Source: a candidate division WOR-3 bacterium
Lineage (GTDB): Bacteria > Hydrothermota > Tepidihabitantia > Tepidihabitantales > Tepidihabitantaceae
Reading direction: 5' to 3'
NCBI GenBank assembly: GCA_965648905.1
Contig: CBFGIT010000010.1
Span: forward strand, 32,001 to 96,000
DNA: 64,000 nt
This document shows, piece by piece, positions 20,444-29,692 of this stretch. Under the pieces are notes generated by a model. That model made no database searches, was not told where the DNA came from, and was given only the letters and a program-made list of their open reading frames with translations. Positions within the stretch are counted from its first letter, which is position 1. Each line of letters begins with the position of its first letter. The position numbers and the translations under genes are program-made.

Positions 20444-21403
20444 ATGATTCGTTGCTCCCTGGTTGTTCTGCTCGTTGCGCCGGCATGGGCGTGGTTTGGC
20501 TCGTCAGCAACCGGCTACACGTTCATGAAGATTGGGGTCGGTGCCCGGCCGGTCGCGATGGGCGGCGCATACACCGCGGTGGCAGACGATGCCAACGCCA
20601 TGTTCTGGAATGCGGCCGGGCTCGCCTTCGGACAGGACCTCTCAGCCAGTGCCACCATCATGGGGCTGTTCCAGTCGGTCACGTACACCTCGGCCGGACT
20701 TGCGGCATCGCCTGTGAGGAACGTTGGCATCGGCGCGGCAGGCGCATACCTGAATGCGACCGATACCCGCCGCGACGAGCACGGTGAAGAGACTGGCACG
20801 TTCGGCGTGTCGGATTTCGTCGTCGGTCCGGCCGCGGCCTGGATGCCGGTCAGAAACCTGGGCATGGGCCTGGGGGCACGCTATGTCGCCAGCCGGATAG
20901 ACAGCTTCGCGGCCTACTCAGCGTCACTTGACGCCGGAGTCATCTACCGGCCGGTCGGCTTTCTGACATTCGGAGCAAGCCTGCTTCATGTCGGCCCGCC
21001 CCGTAAGTTCATCGCCGACTGGGAGCACCAGCCGACGAACCTGCGTACCGGCGTCGCGCTGAAGTTCCCGTTCTCCCGAAACCACATCATTGTGGCCTCT
21101 GACCTGTCCGTGTTGCCGGACTACGGGCCGACCATCTCGGTAGGCGGCGAGCTACACATCACTATGCAGACCAAGGGCCGCGAGGCGACCGGGGAACATG
21201 GGTTCGCCATCAGAGCCGGCTATCAATCCGGCGCACACGTTGGCACCTGGTCGGGGTTCTCACTTGGCATGGGCTATGAGTACCCGATTGCGCCCGGTCT
21301 CTCACTCGGCGTGGACCTCGTCTATCTCTCCTACGGTCTGCTTGGTTCATCCGAACGCGCTTCGGTCGGTCTCAAGTACGCCCGGCCCAAACGTCGGCGT
21401 TAG
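20444..21403 (+). CDS. PorV/PorQ family outer-membrane beta-barrel protein
   Basis: FMKIGVGARPVAMGGAYTAVADDANAMFWNAAGL signature; signal peptide; leaderless promoter TTGACC(20411)-16-TATACT. Confidence 0.88.
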   Translation: MIRCSLVVLLVAPAWAWFGSSATGYTFMKIGVGARPVAMGGAYTAVADDANAMFWNAAGLAFGQDLSASATIMGLFQSVTYTSAGLAASPVRNVGIGAAGAYLNATDTRRDEHGEETGTFGVSDFVVGPAAAWMPVRNLGMGLGARYVASRIDSFAAYSASLDAGVIYRPVGFLTFGASLLHVGPPRKFIADWEHQPTNLRTGVALKFPFSRNHIIVASDLSVLPDYGPTISVGGELHITMQTKGREATGEHGFAIRAGYQSGAHVGTWSGFSLGMGYEYPIAPGLSLGVDLVYLSYGLLGSSERASVGLKYARPKRRR

Positions 21404-21645
21404 GCTGACGCAAACGGCAGAAGCCCAGGCAAAGGTGTTTTCTCTTGTCCGTCTCTCGCCTGACGTCGCTGGCTGGGAGACAGCCATGCATGCGTGAGTG
21501 CCACTTCCGCGGTCGCGCCTGCCCGGTGAATCTGTCATCGACGTTTCAAGTGACCGGCGACTGAGCATGGGAGGCCGACCCGGCCAGCGCTCTTGCTCAG
21601 TACTCGGTTCGGGTGCGGACGGTCACACCGCGCCGAGCGGGTCTG

Positions 21646-22659
21646 CTACTTCTTCTTGTACCCGTCAGGTACTTCGAATTCCGTCACGGATACGTCGGTG
21701 ACAACAACGGACTTGACCTCGTGGTAGGACGAGAAGAGGACGTCCGACTTGTCCTTGGGCGGCTCTTTGACAATTGCCTTGGCAATCTTGCCGGCGAGCA
21801 TGCCGCCGAGCCCGCCTGAAGGAGCCGGCTCCTCTTCATCTTCGTGGGCCTTGGTTCGAGCGGCTGAGTCCGCTTTCACCCGCCAGGTGACTTCGGTGAC
21901 AATCGGGTAACCTTCGACCTTGGCGAGCTCTCGGGCCGCCTTCTCAAAGCTCCGCGCCGCATCCTGTGAGCTAACACCGTAGGTCATGGTCAGAAGACCA
22001 AGACCCATCTGCTGCATCTGTTCAGTTGTAACCTCAAGGCCCATCTTCCTGGCAAGCTTCCGGCTGAACTCGGCCTCGACCGCCTGTGCTTTCTTGAGAT
22101 TCTCGGTCGAGGGCGTGTTCCACATATCCGTGGTCATTACTTGGCCGACTCTCTCTCTGCTGACCGTGTCTTCAAGTTCCAGTTCCCAGGTCATCAGGTA
22201 CTCGGTGCAAGGGAACCCATTGATATCTTTCGTCTTGCCGGTCTTCTCGACCTTGAACTCCGACTTGGTGACACGGTGGCGCGAGGCAGGCACGCTGCCT
22301 TCGGTTGTCGCCTCGGCCTTCGTGTTCGAGAGCTCTTCCTCGGTCGGGGGCTTGATAGGTCGTTCGGTGTAGCTCTTGCTTCCGTGGTCGACATCCCAGA
22401 TGAGGTCTTTGTCCAGCCGGGTTATCTCAGTCTGTTTTCGCGGCTTGCCGGCCAGCGCGCCGACTACGCCGCCGACCATCTTGACGGTCTGGGCAGCGGC
22501 TTTCATGTCGCCATGGAAGGCGTTCTGGGACGTAATTTCGACGTTGCCGATGCCGGCCAAGAGCGACGTGCGGGTGAACGTCTCGGTCTTGAGGTCAGCC
22601 CAGGCTGTGCCGGCGAGAATCACGAGCAGGGCTGCTGCGGTCGTAATGGTCTTCTTCAA
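21646..22659 (-). CDS. Secreted protein, DUF4412-like
   Basis: Signal peptide; ITRLDKDLIWDVDHGSKSYTE, KTGKTKDINGFPCTEY, FEVPDGYKK; SD AAGGAG and promoter TTGACC..TATAAT. Confidence 0.7.
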   Translation of the reverse strand: MKKTITTAAALLVILAGTAWADLKTETFTRTSLLAGIGNVEITSQNAFHGDMKAAAQTVKMVGGVVGALAGKPRKQTEITRLDKDLIWDVDHGSKSYTERPIKPPTEEELSNTKAEATTEGSVPASRHRVTKSEFKVEKTGKTKDINGFPCTEYLMTWELELEDTVSRERVGQVMTTDMWNTPSTENLKKAQAVEAEFSRKLARKMGLEVTTEQMQQMGLGLLTMTYGVSSQDAARSFEKAARELAKVEGYPIVTEVTWRVKADSAARTKAHEDEEEPAPSGGLGGMLAGKIAKAIVKEPPKDKSDVLFSSYHEVKSVVVTDVSVTEFEVPDGYKKK

Positions 22660-22754
22660 AGTGGTTCTCCTTGGCAGGGATTATAGACGCTTGGCCGGCT
22701 CGGTCAACCTCACAGGTGCGGCTGCGCCGGCCGCTGTCCGTCTGACACGAGTCG

Positions 22755-23046
22755 TCACGCCCGGCCCTGGCTGCGACCGACCCGACGCATCCGCTTGACG
22801 TAAAGCCGCACCGCGGCCCCGAACTTGCGCCAGCTCGCCCGCTGGAACAGCTTGCCGAGCAGCGCTTGCACTCCGGCCCATCATCTGAACCGGTGGCGGA
22901 TGATGCGCAGTCTGATGGCCGAGAGTTCATCGACGCCAAGCCCGGGCTGCAGGAGCAGAGGAATCGATGGGTCCTGACTCAGGTCGACAAGGCGCGGGCC
23001 AGAGTACTCCTCGCTCCACGAGAAGCCGGCAGGCAGCAGGCCGCGT
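22755..23046 (-). pseudogene. Displaced, degenerate 3' fragment of the radical SAM gene at 27043-28482
   Basis: Translates GLLPAGFSWSEEYSGPRLVDLSQDPSIPLLLQPGLGVDELSAIRLRIIRHRFR*WAGVQALLGKLFQRASWRKFGAAVRLY; near-identical to ~27070-27327 with an internal TGA. Confidence 0.85.
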
Positions 23047-24810
23047 TCAGCGCTGGATGACAAGCTTCTGTGCGGCCTGGTGGCCTTGCGCCTCCAGCCG
23101 CACGAAGTAGACACCGTCAGGGAGTGCCGCGCCCAGCGGGACGGAGTACCGACCCGGCGTGTGCCTACCTGACGCCAGTTCGGCCACAACCCGTCCCGCC
23201 GCGTCGAACAGGCATAGCCTGACCTCTGCCGACTTCGGCACATCGTAGCAGGCCATCGCTCTGCCAGGAGCCGGGCTTGGACTGACGGACAAGGCCCAGT
23301 CGGCCGGAGCCGCGACCGGAGCCTCGCAAGCCCCCACTGGCGCAATCTGGAAAGCCTGATGTGACTCGTCAAACTGCCAGCCAGGCCCGTAGGCGATGGC
23401 CAGAATCTTGGCCCAGGCGAGCGTCGTTTCCGGCACGACCCAGACGTAGCTTGATTCGCTCGGTGCAAGTCCGGTCGCAATCGTATCCAGCCGCCAGAAC
23501 CACTCACCAGTCGGCACGATTGTATCGGTCAACAGGAACAACGACACCGAATCGCACCTCGGGGGCTGAAACAGCCGCCAGCGAATCTCGCACGTGTCGC
23601 CCGAGCGAAGGAAGTGGTTCGTGTCCGGGCTGAGCACCCGGATGCACTCGACCTCCAGCACGAAGCTCTGCCCGTGCCCGCCGACCAATATCTCCTTGTA
23701 TCCGTTCCGGTTGAAGTCGGCCGCATTGCACATGCTGAAGATCCCCTGGCCAAATCCGCCATCGCAGACTCTCTCATACTGGTGCGGCCCGGTGGCCTTC
23801 AAGATGATGATCCGGTATCCACAGCCCCAGATGACCTCGTCCAGGCTGTCTCCGTCCACGTCGGCACACAGACTCTGGCCGCAGTAAGGCTCGTAGACGC
23901 TTGACGCTGTATCGACTGTGTCGCAGAAGTACTGATGCTCGAAAGGAGCCTCGACCTGGCAGAGGGTTTGTGAGTACCTCAGGCCACCCAGATTTCCGCT
24001 AACCACGTCGAAGTACTCAGGTCTTCCGTTGTGGTCCACGTCGCGCCCGGAAAACCTGTCGTTGTCTCCCCAGGAGCCGGTATACACTGAGCAGACCCGT
24101 TCGTACCGATTGTCGCCAATGCACTCAACTACATGGTCCCCGCGGAAATTCCCGTTGCCGAACGCATAGTCGGTTCGGCCATTCTGGTCGAAGTCGCCTA
24201 TCACCGGCAGCGACCATACATAAGAGCGCGGGGCTGTACAGACCAGGCTTTCGCGGTCGTTGCCCACGTTCTCGAAGACCGCAGTGGATTCCACTCCCCA
24301 AGGGGTTACGATGTCCCAGGCCGAGTCTCCATCAAGATTCGAGCAGAGCGCCGGACAGGCGGCGGCGCTGTTTGGGGTCGGAATCCACCAAACCAGGGAG
24401 TCGGGGTGGGAGCGAGCGTCCCGACTCTCGAATATGCAGAGCGCCATCCTGTACCCGCTTCCACTGTCATATCCTGCCTCGCCTACGACTTCGAGCAGGC
24501 CGTCCCGGTCTACATCACAGACATCGTAGGGCCTCAAGTTCCCGAGCAGAATGCTCTCGCCAGAAGGGTAATGCCCCGTATCCGAGATGACGAGGTCGTA
24601 CCGGTTGACCGGCCTATACTCGGCCATCTGGAAGAGCCGACCGGGGTTGTGGATGACCTCTCCCAGACTATCGTGGTCTGTGTCGGTGGTCAGCAGCCTA
24701 TCAAGGGGATTGCTGGCGGCCAGGGGCAGGTCCGCAATCCGAACTAGAGCGAGTTCTGTCGCGGAGGCAACGGTGATGCCCGACAGGACGATGCCTAGGA
24801 GGGTTTTCAT
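23047..24810 (-). CDS. Secreted FG-GAP-like repeat protein with T9SS/FlgD-type C-terminal domain
   Basis: Signal peptide; repeated DxDxDGxxE (DVDRDGLLE, DFDQNGRTD, DVDGDSLDE); C-terminal LFDAAGRVV...LPDGVYFVRL...KLVIQR. Confidence 0.8.
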   Translation of the reverse strand: MKTLLGIVLSGITVASATELALVRIADLPLAASNPLDRLLTTDTDHDSLGEVIHNPGRLFQMAEYRPVNRYDLVISDTGHYPSGESILLGNLRPYDVCDVDRDGLLEVVGEAGYDSGSGYRMALCIFESRDARSHPDSLVWWIPTPNSAAACPALCSNLDGDSAWDIVTPWGVESTAVFENVGNDRESLVCTAPRSYVWSLPVIGDFDQNGRTDYAFGNGNFRGDHVVECIGDNRYERVCSVYTGSWGDNDRFSGRDVDHNGRPEYFDVVSGNLGGLRYSQTLCQVEAPFEHQYFCDTVDTASSVYEPYCGQSLCADVDGDSLDEVIWGCGYRIIILKATGPHQYERVCDGGFGQGIFSMCNAADFNRNGYKEILVGGHGQSFVLEVECIRVLSPDTNHFLRSGDTCEIRWRLFQPPRCDSVSLFLLTDTIVPTGEWFWRLDTIATGLAPSESSYVWVVPETTLAWAKILAIAYGPGWQFDESHQAFQIAPVGACEAPVAAPADWALSVSPSPAPGRAMACYDVPKSAEVRLCLFDAAGRVVAELASGRHTPGRYSVPLGAALPDGVYFVRLEAQGHQAAQKLVIQR

Positions 24811-24818
24811 GTCGGCGC

Positions 24819-24845
24819 GGGGCGGGGAGGATCCCTCCCCGCCCC
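24819..24845. terminator. Perfect 12-bp intergenic hairpin
   Basis: GGGGCGGGGAGG-atc-CCTCCCCGCCCC between two co-oriented secreted-protein genes; no U-tract. Confidence 0.45.
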
Positions 24846-24858
24846 AGACCTTGACTAC

Positions 24859-26802
24859 CTACCGGGTCAGTACGACCTTGCGGGTCTGGCTGAAGCCCGA
24901 GGATTCGACACGGAGCAGGTAAGCGCCGGGCCTCACGGCACGCCCATTGGCATCCAGCCCGTTCCAGGTTGCGCTGTACGTACCCCGCCCACGGAATCCC
25001 GTGGCCACGCGCCGGACCACCCGACCAAGCGCGTCGTAGACACCGACGTCCACATAGCCCGGCTGCGAAACCGCGTAGTCGATGCGCGTTGCGGCACCGA
25101 TGATGGCTGGCCCGAGTTCGACAAGCTCCACTGGTTGGACACATCTGTCGGCCAGCACGGCGTCTCGGCTGCCGTCGTCCGATTTCCGCTTGTACGGATA
25201 GCACTGATATAGCTTCAGCTCGGCCAGCACGGCGTAGTCGCCCACAAGCCTCGTGATATCAAGGTCCACCCTGGAGTCCCCAACGTACTTCTCGCGCGGG
25301 ATGTACACGAGAACCGTCTCAAGAACGCCTGGCTCGAACCGAACCCTCGCGACCTGCACGCTGTCAAGAGAGAAACTCTGCTCCCACGTGTCCTGGCTAG
25401 CCTGGTACAGGACCGCCTCTACCCGGTAGTCGTAGTTCGGGTTCAGATACCAGAGACGGTACTTCAGTCCCTCGCGGCCATAGTCAACTGAATGGCCACG
25501 CCAGCGCCTGAAACCATCTCGGGCCAGGCAGTACCGCGAACGTACAGAGTCGCCAGCTTGGACGTCGTAGTACACGAACCCCCTGAAACCGTCGTGCGGT
25601 GGCGGCGTGAACACGTCGCGCCGGAACAGCACCTCATAGGGCGTCGGCGAGCCCGGTGCGGCTTCGCTGGTCCAGGCCGTGTGGAGCACGAGGTACTCTT
25701 CTGGGAGCGTGGACACTTCAGCAGCGATGTTCGGATACAGGGATTGAGGTTCGTCCACCTGGAGTGGAAACGTCGGCGGAAGCATGAACAGGTTCAACCA
25801 GATATCCTCGTCCACGGTGACATCCGCGCGCTGGTGCCACGCATGCGCCCACGGAGTGGACTGCTGCGGGCAATTGGCGTACTCCGTGGCCGCGTCGAGG
25901 ACAGGCTGAATGGGGAACCACACGCTAGGTGGGTCTTCCACGTACCGCTGTGCTCGCCATATCATGCCATCGTCACCTTGCTCCTTGCTTCGCCAGACGA
26001 CATAGACTGACTCTGCGAAGCTCTCGATCGAGGGATTGAACGCAGGTTTGTACAGGTCCGGCCGGGCTTGGGATACTTCCCATTGCCCGTCCCACCAGCC
26101 CGGCGCGATTCTCATCCTGTACCAGAGCTGGCGGTCGAACTGCGGGGGCAGCTGCTCACACCAAGACACATGGACGTACTCGCCTGGACCCCTCTCGCCA
26201 CCTGTGACAGCTACGCTGGGTTCCCAGAGATGCGCGTCGGCCGGGGCGGCCCAGGCGGCATCCGGCGGCTCCACTGGACCGGACGAGAGGGTGACCGTGT
26301 GCAAGCGTATGATGTGGTAAGACCATTCGGGGTCAAACCAGCCGTACGCGACACATACTGCTGGTCCGGTGCTTGCGACGGGAGGCTTGTGGCACACCGC
26401 CATCGACGGCGGGGTAAACACGTTGTCTTTGCACACCTCGAATGCCTGCCATATGCCAGAAGCCAGCCGCGCGGCCGTGAAGAGCTTCTGTGGGGCCCAT
26501 TTCCAGTAGCTGACCCAAGGCTGGCCTCCCTCACATACAATGCAGGGCTCTCTGCCTTCTCCGACGACCTCAACCGGCGACCAAGTGCTTCCCTGGTCGG
26601 TCGAGTACGAGTAGTGTATGGGTGAGTCGTCAGTTTCGCCGTAGGCGAAGACCAGGTGAAGCCATCCGGTCACAGGGTCCAGGGCCAGGTGGCGGCCCTG
26701 GTTGTACGCCGTAGCGTACTGGGTCTCGGTCGGGAACGACTGTCCAGCTACCGCAGACAGAAGCCCGACCACTGCGAACATGAAACAGATGCTTCTGACC
26801 AT
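24859..26802 (-). CDS. Secreted protein with BNR-like N-terminus and FlgD-Ig/T9SS-type C-terminal domain
   Basis: SD AAGGAGG, signal peptide MVRSICFMFAVVGLLS; YSYSTDQGSTW; VYDALGRVVR...WNGLDANGRAVRPGAYLLR...KVVLTR. Confidence 0.8.
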   Translation of the reverse strand: MVRSICFMFAVVGLLSAVAGQSFPTETQYATAYNQGRHLALDPVTGWLHLVFAYGETDDSPIHYSYSTDQGSTWSPVEVVGEGREPCIVCEGGQPWVSYWKWAPQKLFTAARLASGIWQAFEVCKDNVFTPPSMAVCHKPPVASTGPAVCVAYGWFDPEWSYHIIRLHTVTLSSGPVEPPDAAWAAPADAHLWEPSVAVTGGERGPGEYVHVSWCEQLPPQFDRQLWYRMRIAPGWWDGQWEVSQARPDLYKPAFNPSIESFAESVYVVWRSKEQGDDGMIWRAQRYVEDPPSVWFPIQPVLDAATEYANCPQQSTPWAHAWHQRADVTVDEDIWLNLFMLPPTFPLQVDEPQSLYPNIAAEVSTLPEEYLVLHTAWTSEAAPGSPTPYEVLFRRDVFTPPPHDGFRGFVYYDVQAGDSVRSRYCLARDGFRRWRGHSVDYGREGLKYRLWYLNPNYDYRVEAVLYQASQDTWEQSFSLDSVQVARVRFEPGVLETVLVYIPREKYVGDSRVDLDITRLVGDYAVLAELKLYQCYPYKRKSDDGSRDAVLADRCVQPVELVELGPAIIGAATRIDYAVSQPGYVDVGVYDALGRVVRRVATGFRGRGTYSATWNGLDANGRAVRPGAYLLRVESSGFSQTRKVVLTR

Positions 26803-27042
26803 GAGAGAACCTCCTTGATGGTCACGAGAACATCTCTTTGGGAGTACGGCGAGTTCGTGCAACGGAGCTTCCCAAGGAAGCGCGCATACCGGCGGTCGGG
26901 AGCGGTCCCGTGCCAGCTTGCCCACCGTCATCCCGCCAAGAGTCTAGGCCAAGTCAGTCCGAAGTCAATGCCGCGCAGATTCGATCTCTGTGCAAGCCGG
27001 CCCCAAATGGCGCGGCACGGGCACTTGGTGCGCAAGACCGCG

Positions 27043-28482
27043 CTACCGCGCTGAGCCGGGCGCGAACAGCCGCCTCAAGTACAGCCTGACCGCGGCCCCG
27101 AACTTGCGCCAGCTCGCCCGCTGGAACAGCTTGCCGAGCAGCGTCTTGACTCCGGCCCAGCCTCCGAATCGCTGGCGGATGATGCGCAGCCTGATGGCCG
27201 AGAGTTCATCGACGCCAAGCTCGGGCTGCAGGAGCAGAGGAATCGATGGGTCCTGGCTCAGGTCGACAAGGCGCGGGTCAGAGTACTCCTCGCTCCACGA
27301 GAAGCCGGCAGGCAGCAGGCCGTGTTCTCGGGCATAGGTCTCAAGGTGCGTTCCCGGGTAGATGCGGACGCCCGCGCCACAGGCAAGGGTGGAGATGCGC
27401 TTGCGGTGTTTCTCGACGAACCGGAACGTCTGCTCGACATCGGCCATGGTCTCTGCAATGTGGCCCATGGAGAAAAAGACCTTGGTCTTGAGTCCCAGGT
27501 CGGCGCACCAGCCGAGCAGTTCTTCGGCTCGCTCTAGACGGAACCCCTTACACATCGCGTCGAGCACGCGCTGACTGGCTGACTCGATGCCGAAGTCGAC
27601 GTAGTAGCAGCCTGCCCGCTGCATCCTCTCAAGCAGGGGCAGGTCAACCGTGCCGACCCTGATTTCGCACTCCCAGGGGAAACTGAGGCCCCGGCGTTCG
27701 ATTTCGGCACAGATGCCTTCGATGTGGGGCCGGCGCAGGGTGATGGTCGAGTCAAAGAACCTGATGCCCTCGTAGCCGTACTTATCCATGAGCAGTTGGA
27801 CCTGGTCGAGCACATACCCGGCCGAGTGGCAGGTAACGTCATGTCCGTACATCGCGCTGGCCGAGCAGAAGGTGCACTGCATGGTGCAGCCGCGCGAGGA
27901 GATGAACGCGATGCCGCGCTTGTTCAGGAATTCCATCCTGAGTGCGTAGCGGTTCATCGCCAGCAGGTCCCAGGCCGGGCCGGGCAGCGAGTCGAGGTGC
28001 TGGATGCGCACCGGCGGCCCGGTTTCGACGATGCCGCGGTTCTGCCGGAACAGCAGACCCGGGACGCGGGTGAGCTCAGCCGGTCCTGTCCTCAACGTAC
28101 GCAGAATGACGGTCATGCTCTCTTCGCCTTCTCCCCGCACCACGATGTCGATGTCGGGCACGTGAGCGAGCGTGTCGCGGCCGGTGAACGAGGCATGGAC
28201 GCCTCCGAAGACCGTCCTGATTTCGGAGCTGAAACACTTGACCCGGCGGGCGATGTCGAAGCTCTGGTAGCGCGTGTGGGTTGTGCCGGAGATCCCGACC
28301 ACGCGCGGCTGGAGTTCGGCAAGGTGTTTCTCCAGGGGCTGTTGTTCGACTTCGTAGTCGAGGAGTTTCACCGAGAATCCCCCTGCCCGGGCGTGGGCCG
28401 CAATGTAGGCCAGGCCGAGCGGCGGTATCAGCTCGAACGGAGTTCCCCGTTCCTTGGGGTTTACCAGCAACAGGTCAATCAT
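27043..28482 (-). CDS. B12-binding radical SAM protein
   Basis: PPLGLAYIAA, GGVHAS, VRGEGE, SRGCTMQCTFC (CxxxCxxC), GIESAS. Confidence 0.93.
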   Translation of the reverse strand: MIDLLLVNPKERGTPFELIPPLGLAYIAAHARAGGFSVKLLDYEVEQQPLEKHLAELQPRVVGISGTTHTRYQSFDIARRVKCFSSEIRTVFGGVHASFTGRDTLAHVPDIDIVVRGEGEESMTVILRTLRTGPAELTRVPGLLFRQNRGIVETGPPVRIQHLDSLPGPAWDLLAMNRYALRMEFLNKRGIAFISSRGCTMQCTFCSASAMYGHDVTCHSAGYVLDQVQLLMDKYGYEGIRFFDSTITLRRPHIEGICAEIERRGLSFPWECEIRVGTVDLPLLERMQRAGCYYVDFGIESASQRVLDAMCKGFRLERAEELLGWCADLGLKTKVFFSMGHIAETMADVEQTFRFVEKHRKRISTLACGAGVRIYPGTHLETYAREHGLLPAGFSWSEEYSDPRLVDLSQDPSIPLLLQPELGVDELSAIRLRIIRQRFGGWAGVKTLLGKLFQRASWRKFGAAVRLYLRRLFAPGSAR

Positions 28483-28590
28483 GCGAAGTCTGGCGAATGA
28501 TAGGAGGGCACGGGCCGGCTGTCAAAGGAACCGGCCGGGTCCAAGACCCGGCGGGCTTGATTCGGCACGTTGCTCTGCTATAGTCCGACC

Positions 28591-29067
28591 GTGGATAGCA
28601 CTCACATCCTCGAAGCCGCGGGTCGGTTTCACGGCCATATCGGGCCCTGGCTTGCTCTTGGCGTTCGGGCCGGTCTGCTGGCCATGGAACGGCTCGGAGC
28701 CTCCCACTTTGGCCTTGGGGCCGACGTGCGCTGCCCGGAGCGCACTCCCTACACGTGTTTCCTTGACGGCATTCAATTCAGCACCGGCTGTACCATGGGC
28801 AAGGGTAACATCCGCCATCTTGTTGCTGAAGGCTGCTCGGTCGTTTTCTCGACCAGCGGAAAAGGTCTGCCGGGTCGCACGTTGGAACTGGGGGTTGCGC
28901 CGGACCTGTGGGCCGAGTTACACGAAGACCGTCAACTGAACGATCGGCAGGTGACTTTGCTCGGCTATGACGTGTTCGAGAGGCCGACTGAGTCTCTGTT
29001 CCGGGAATACCCACCCGATACGAATTCCGAAACCAGCAGCACCGGACCGGAGTCTAACGAGCCGTAA
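28591..29067 (+). CDS. FmdE (formylmethanofuran dehydrogenase subunit E) family protein
   Basis: FHGHIGPWLALGVRAG, CFLDGIQFSTGCTMGKGNI; GTG start 6 nt after TATAGT. Confidence 0.85.
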   Translation: MDSTHILEAAGRFHGHIGPWLALGVRAGLLAMERLGASHFGLGADVRCPERTPYTCFLDGIQFSTGCTMGKGNIRHLVAEGCSVVFSTSGKGLPGRTLELGVAPDLWAELHEDRQLNDRQVTLLGYDVFERPTESLFREYPPDTNSETSSTGPESNEP

Positions 29068-29088
29068 CCCAATCAGGAGGTGAGCAAT

Positions 29089-29538
29089 ATGGCTCGTAAT
29101 CTAGTTACCTGGGACCCGTTCCGTGAGATGACTTCGATGCGGGACGAAATGGAACGGCTCTTTGATAACATGCTCGGTCGCTATCCGCGCGAGCGGGCTG
29201 ATGCATTCTGGGTGCCGTCGGTTGACGTCGAAGAGAGCAACGAGGCGGTGACGGTTCGTGCCGAGATTCCCGGCATGAAGAAGGACGACATCAAAGTGAC
29301 GGTGTCGGATGACCTGGTCACCATCAGCGGCGAACGCAAGCATGAAGTCGAGCAGAAGGACAAGACCTTTCACCGCATCGAGCGCGTCTACGGCAAGTTC
29401 CAGCGCACGATCGGCCTGCCGGCTGATGTCGAGGGCGACAAGGCCAAGGCCAGCTACAAGGCCGGAGTACTTGAGCTGGTTCTGCCCAAGTCGGCCAAAG
29501 CCCGGGCCCACGAAGTACAGATAAAGGCCGAGGAATAG
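29089..29538 (+). CDS. Hsp20/alpha-crystallin small heat-shock protein
   Basis: WDPFREM, AEIPGMKKDDI, ISGERK, ERVYGKFQRTIGLP, YKAGVLELVLPK; SD GGAGG. Confidence 0.95.
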   Translation: MARNLVTWDPFREMTSMRDEMERLFDNMLGRYPRERADAFWVPSVDVEESNEAVTVRAEIPGMKKDDIKVTVSDDLVTISGERKHEVEQKDKTFHRIERVYGKFQRTIGLPADVEGDKAKASYKAGVLELVLPKSAKARAHEVQIKAEE

Positions 29539-29561
29539 CGCCTCATTCCTCTGGTCTTGCC

Positions 29562-29590
29562 GGACCCGCCTTCGGGCGGGTCCTTCTGTT
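29562..29590 (+). terminator. Rho-independent terminator after hsp20
   Basis: GGACCCGCC-ttcg-GGCGGGTCC followed by TTCTGTT. Confidence 0.8.
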
Positions 29591-29692
29591 GGTGCGTGAC
29601 CCGCCCCGAGCCTACGGTCAAGGAGAGGGACCGGGCAGAGCTTGACAGGCGCAGTTGAGCCGCGAGACTATTGAGGCCCGAAAGGAGTATCG

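Noticed and set aside
22790..27327. Radical SAM 3' repeat pair as a DGR template/variable repeat (an Avd-like gene is in the window)
   Set aside because: Mismatches involve all bases rather than adenines, and no reverse transcriptase is present
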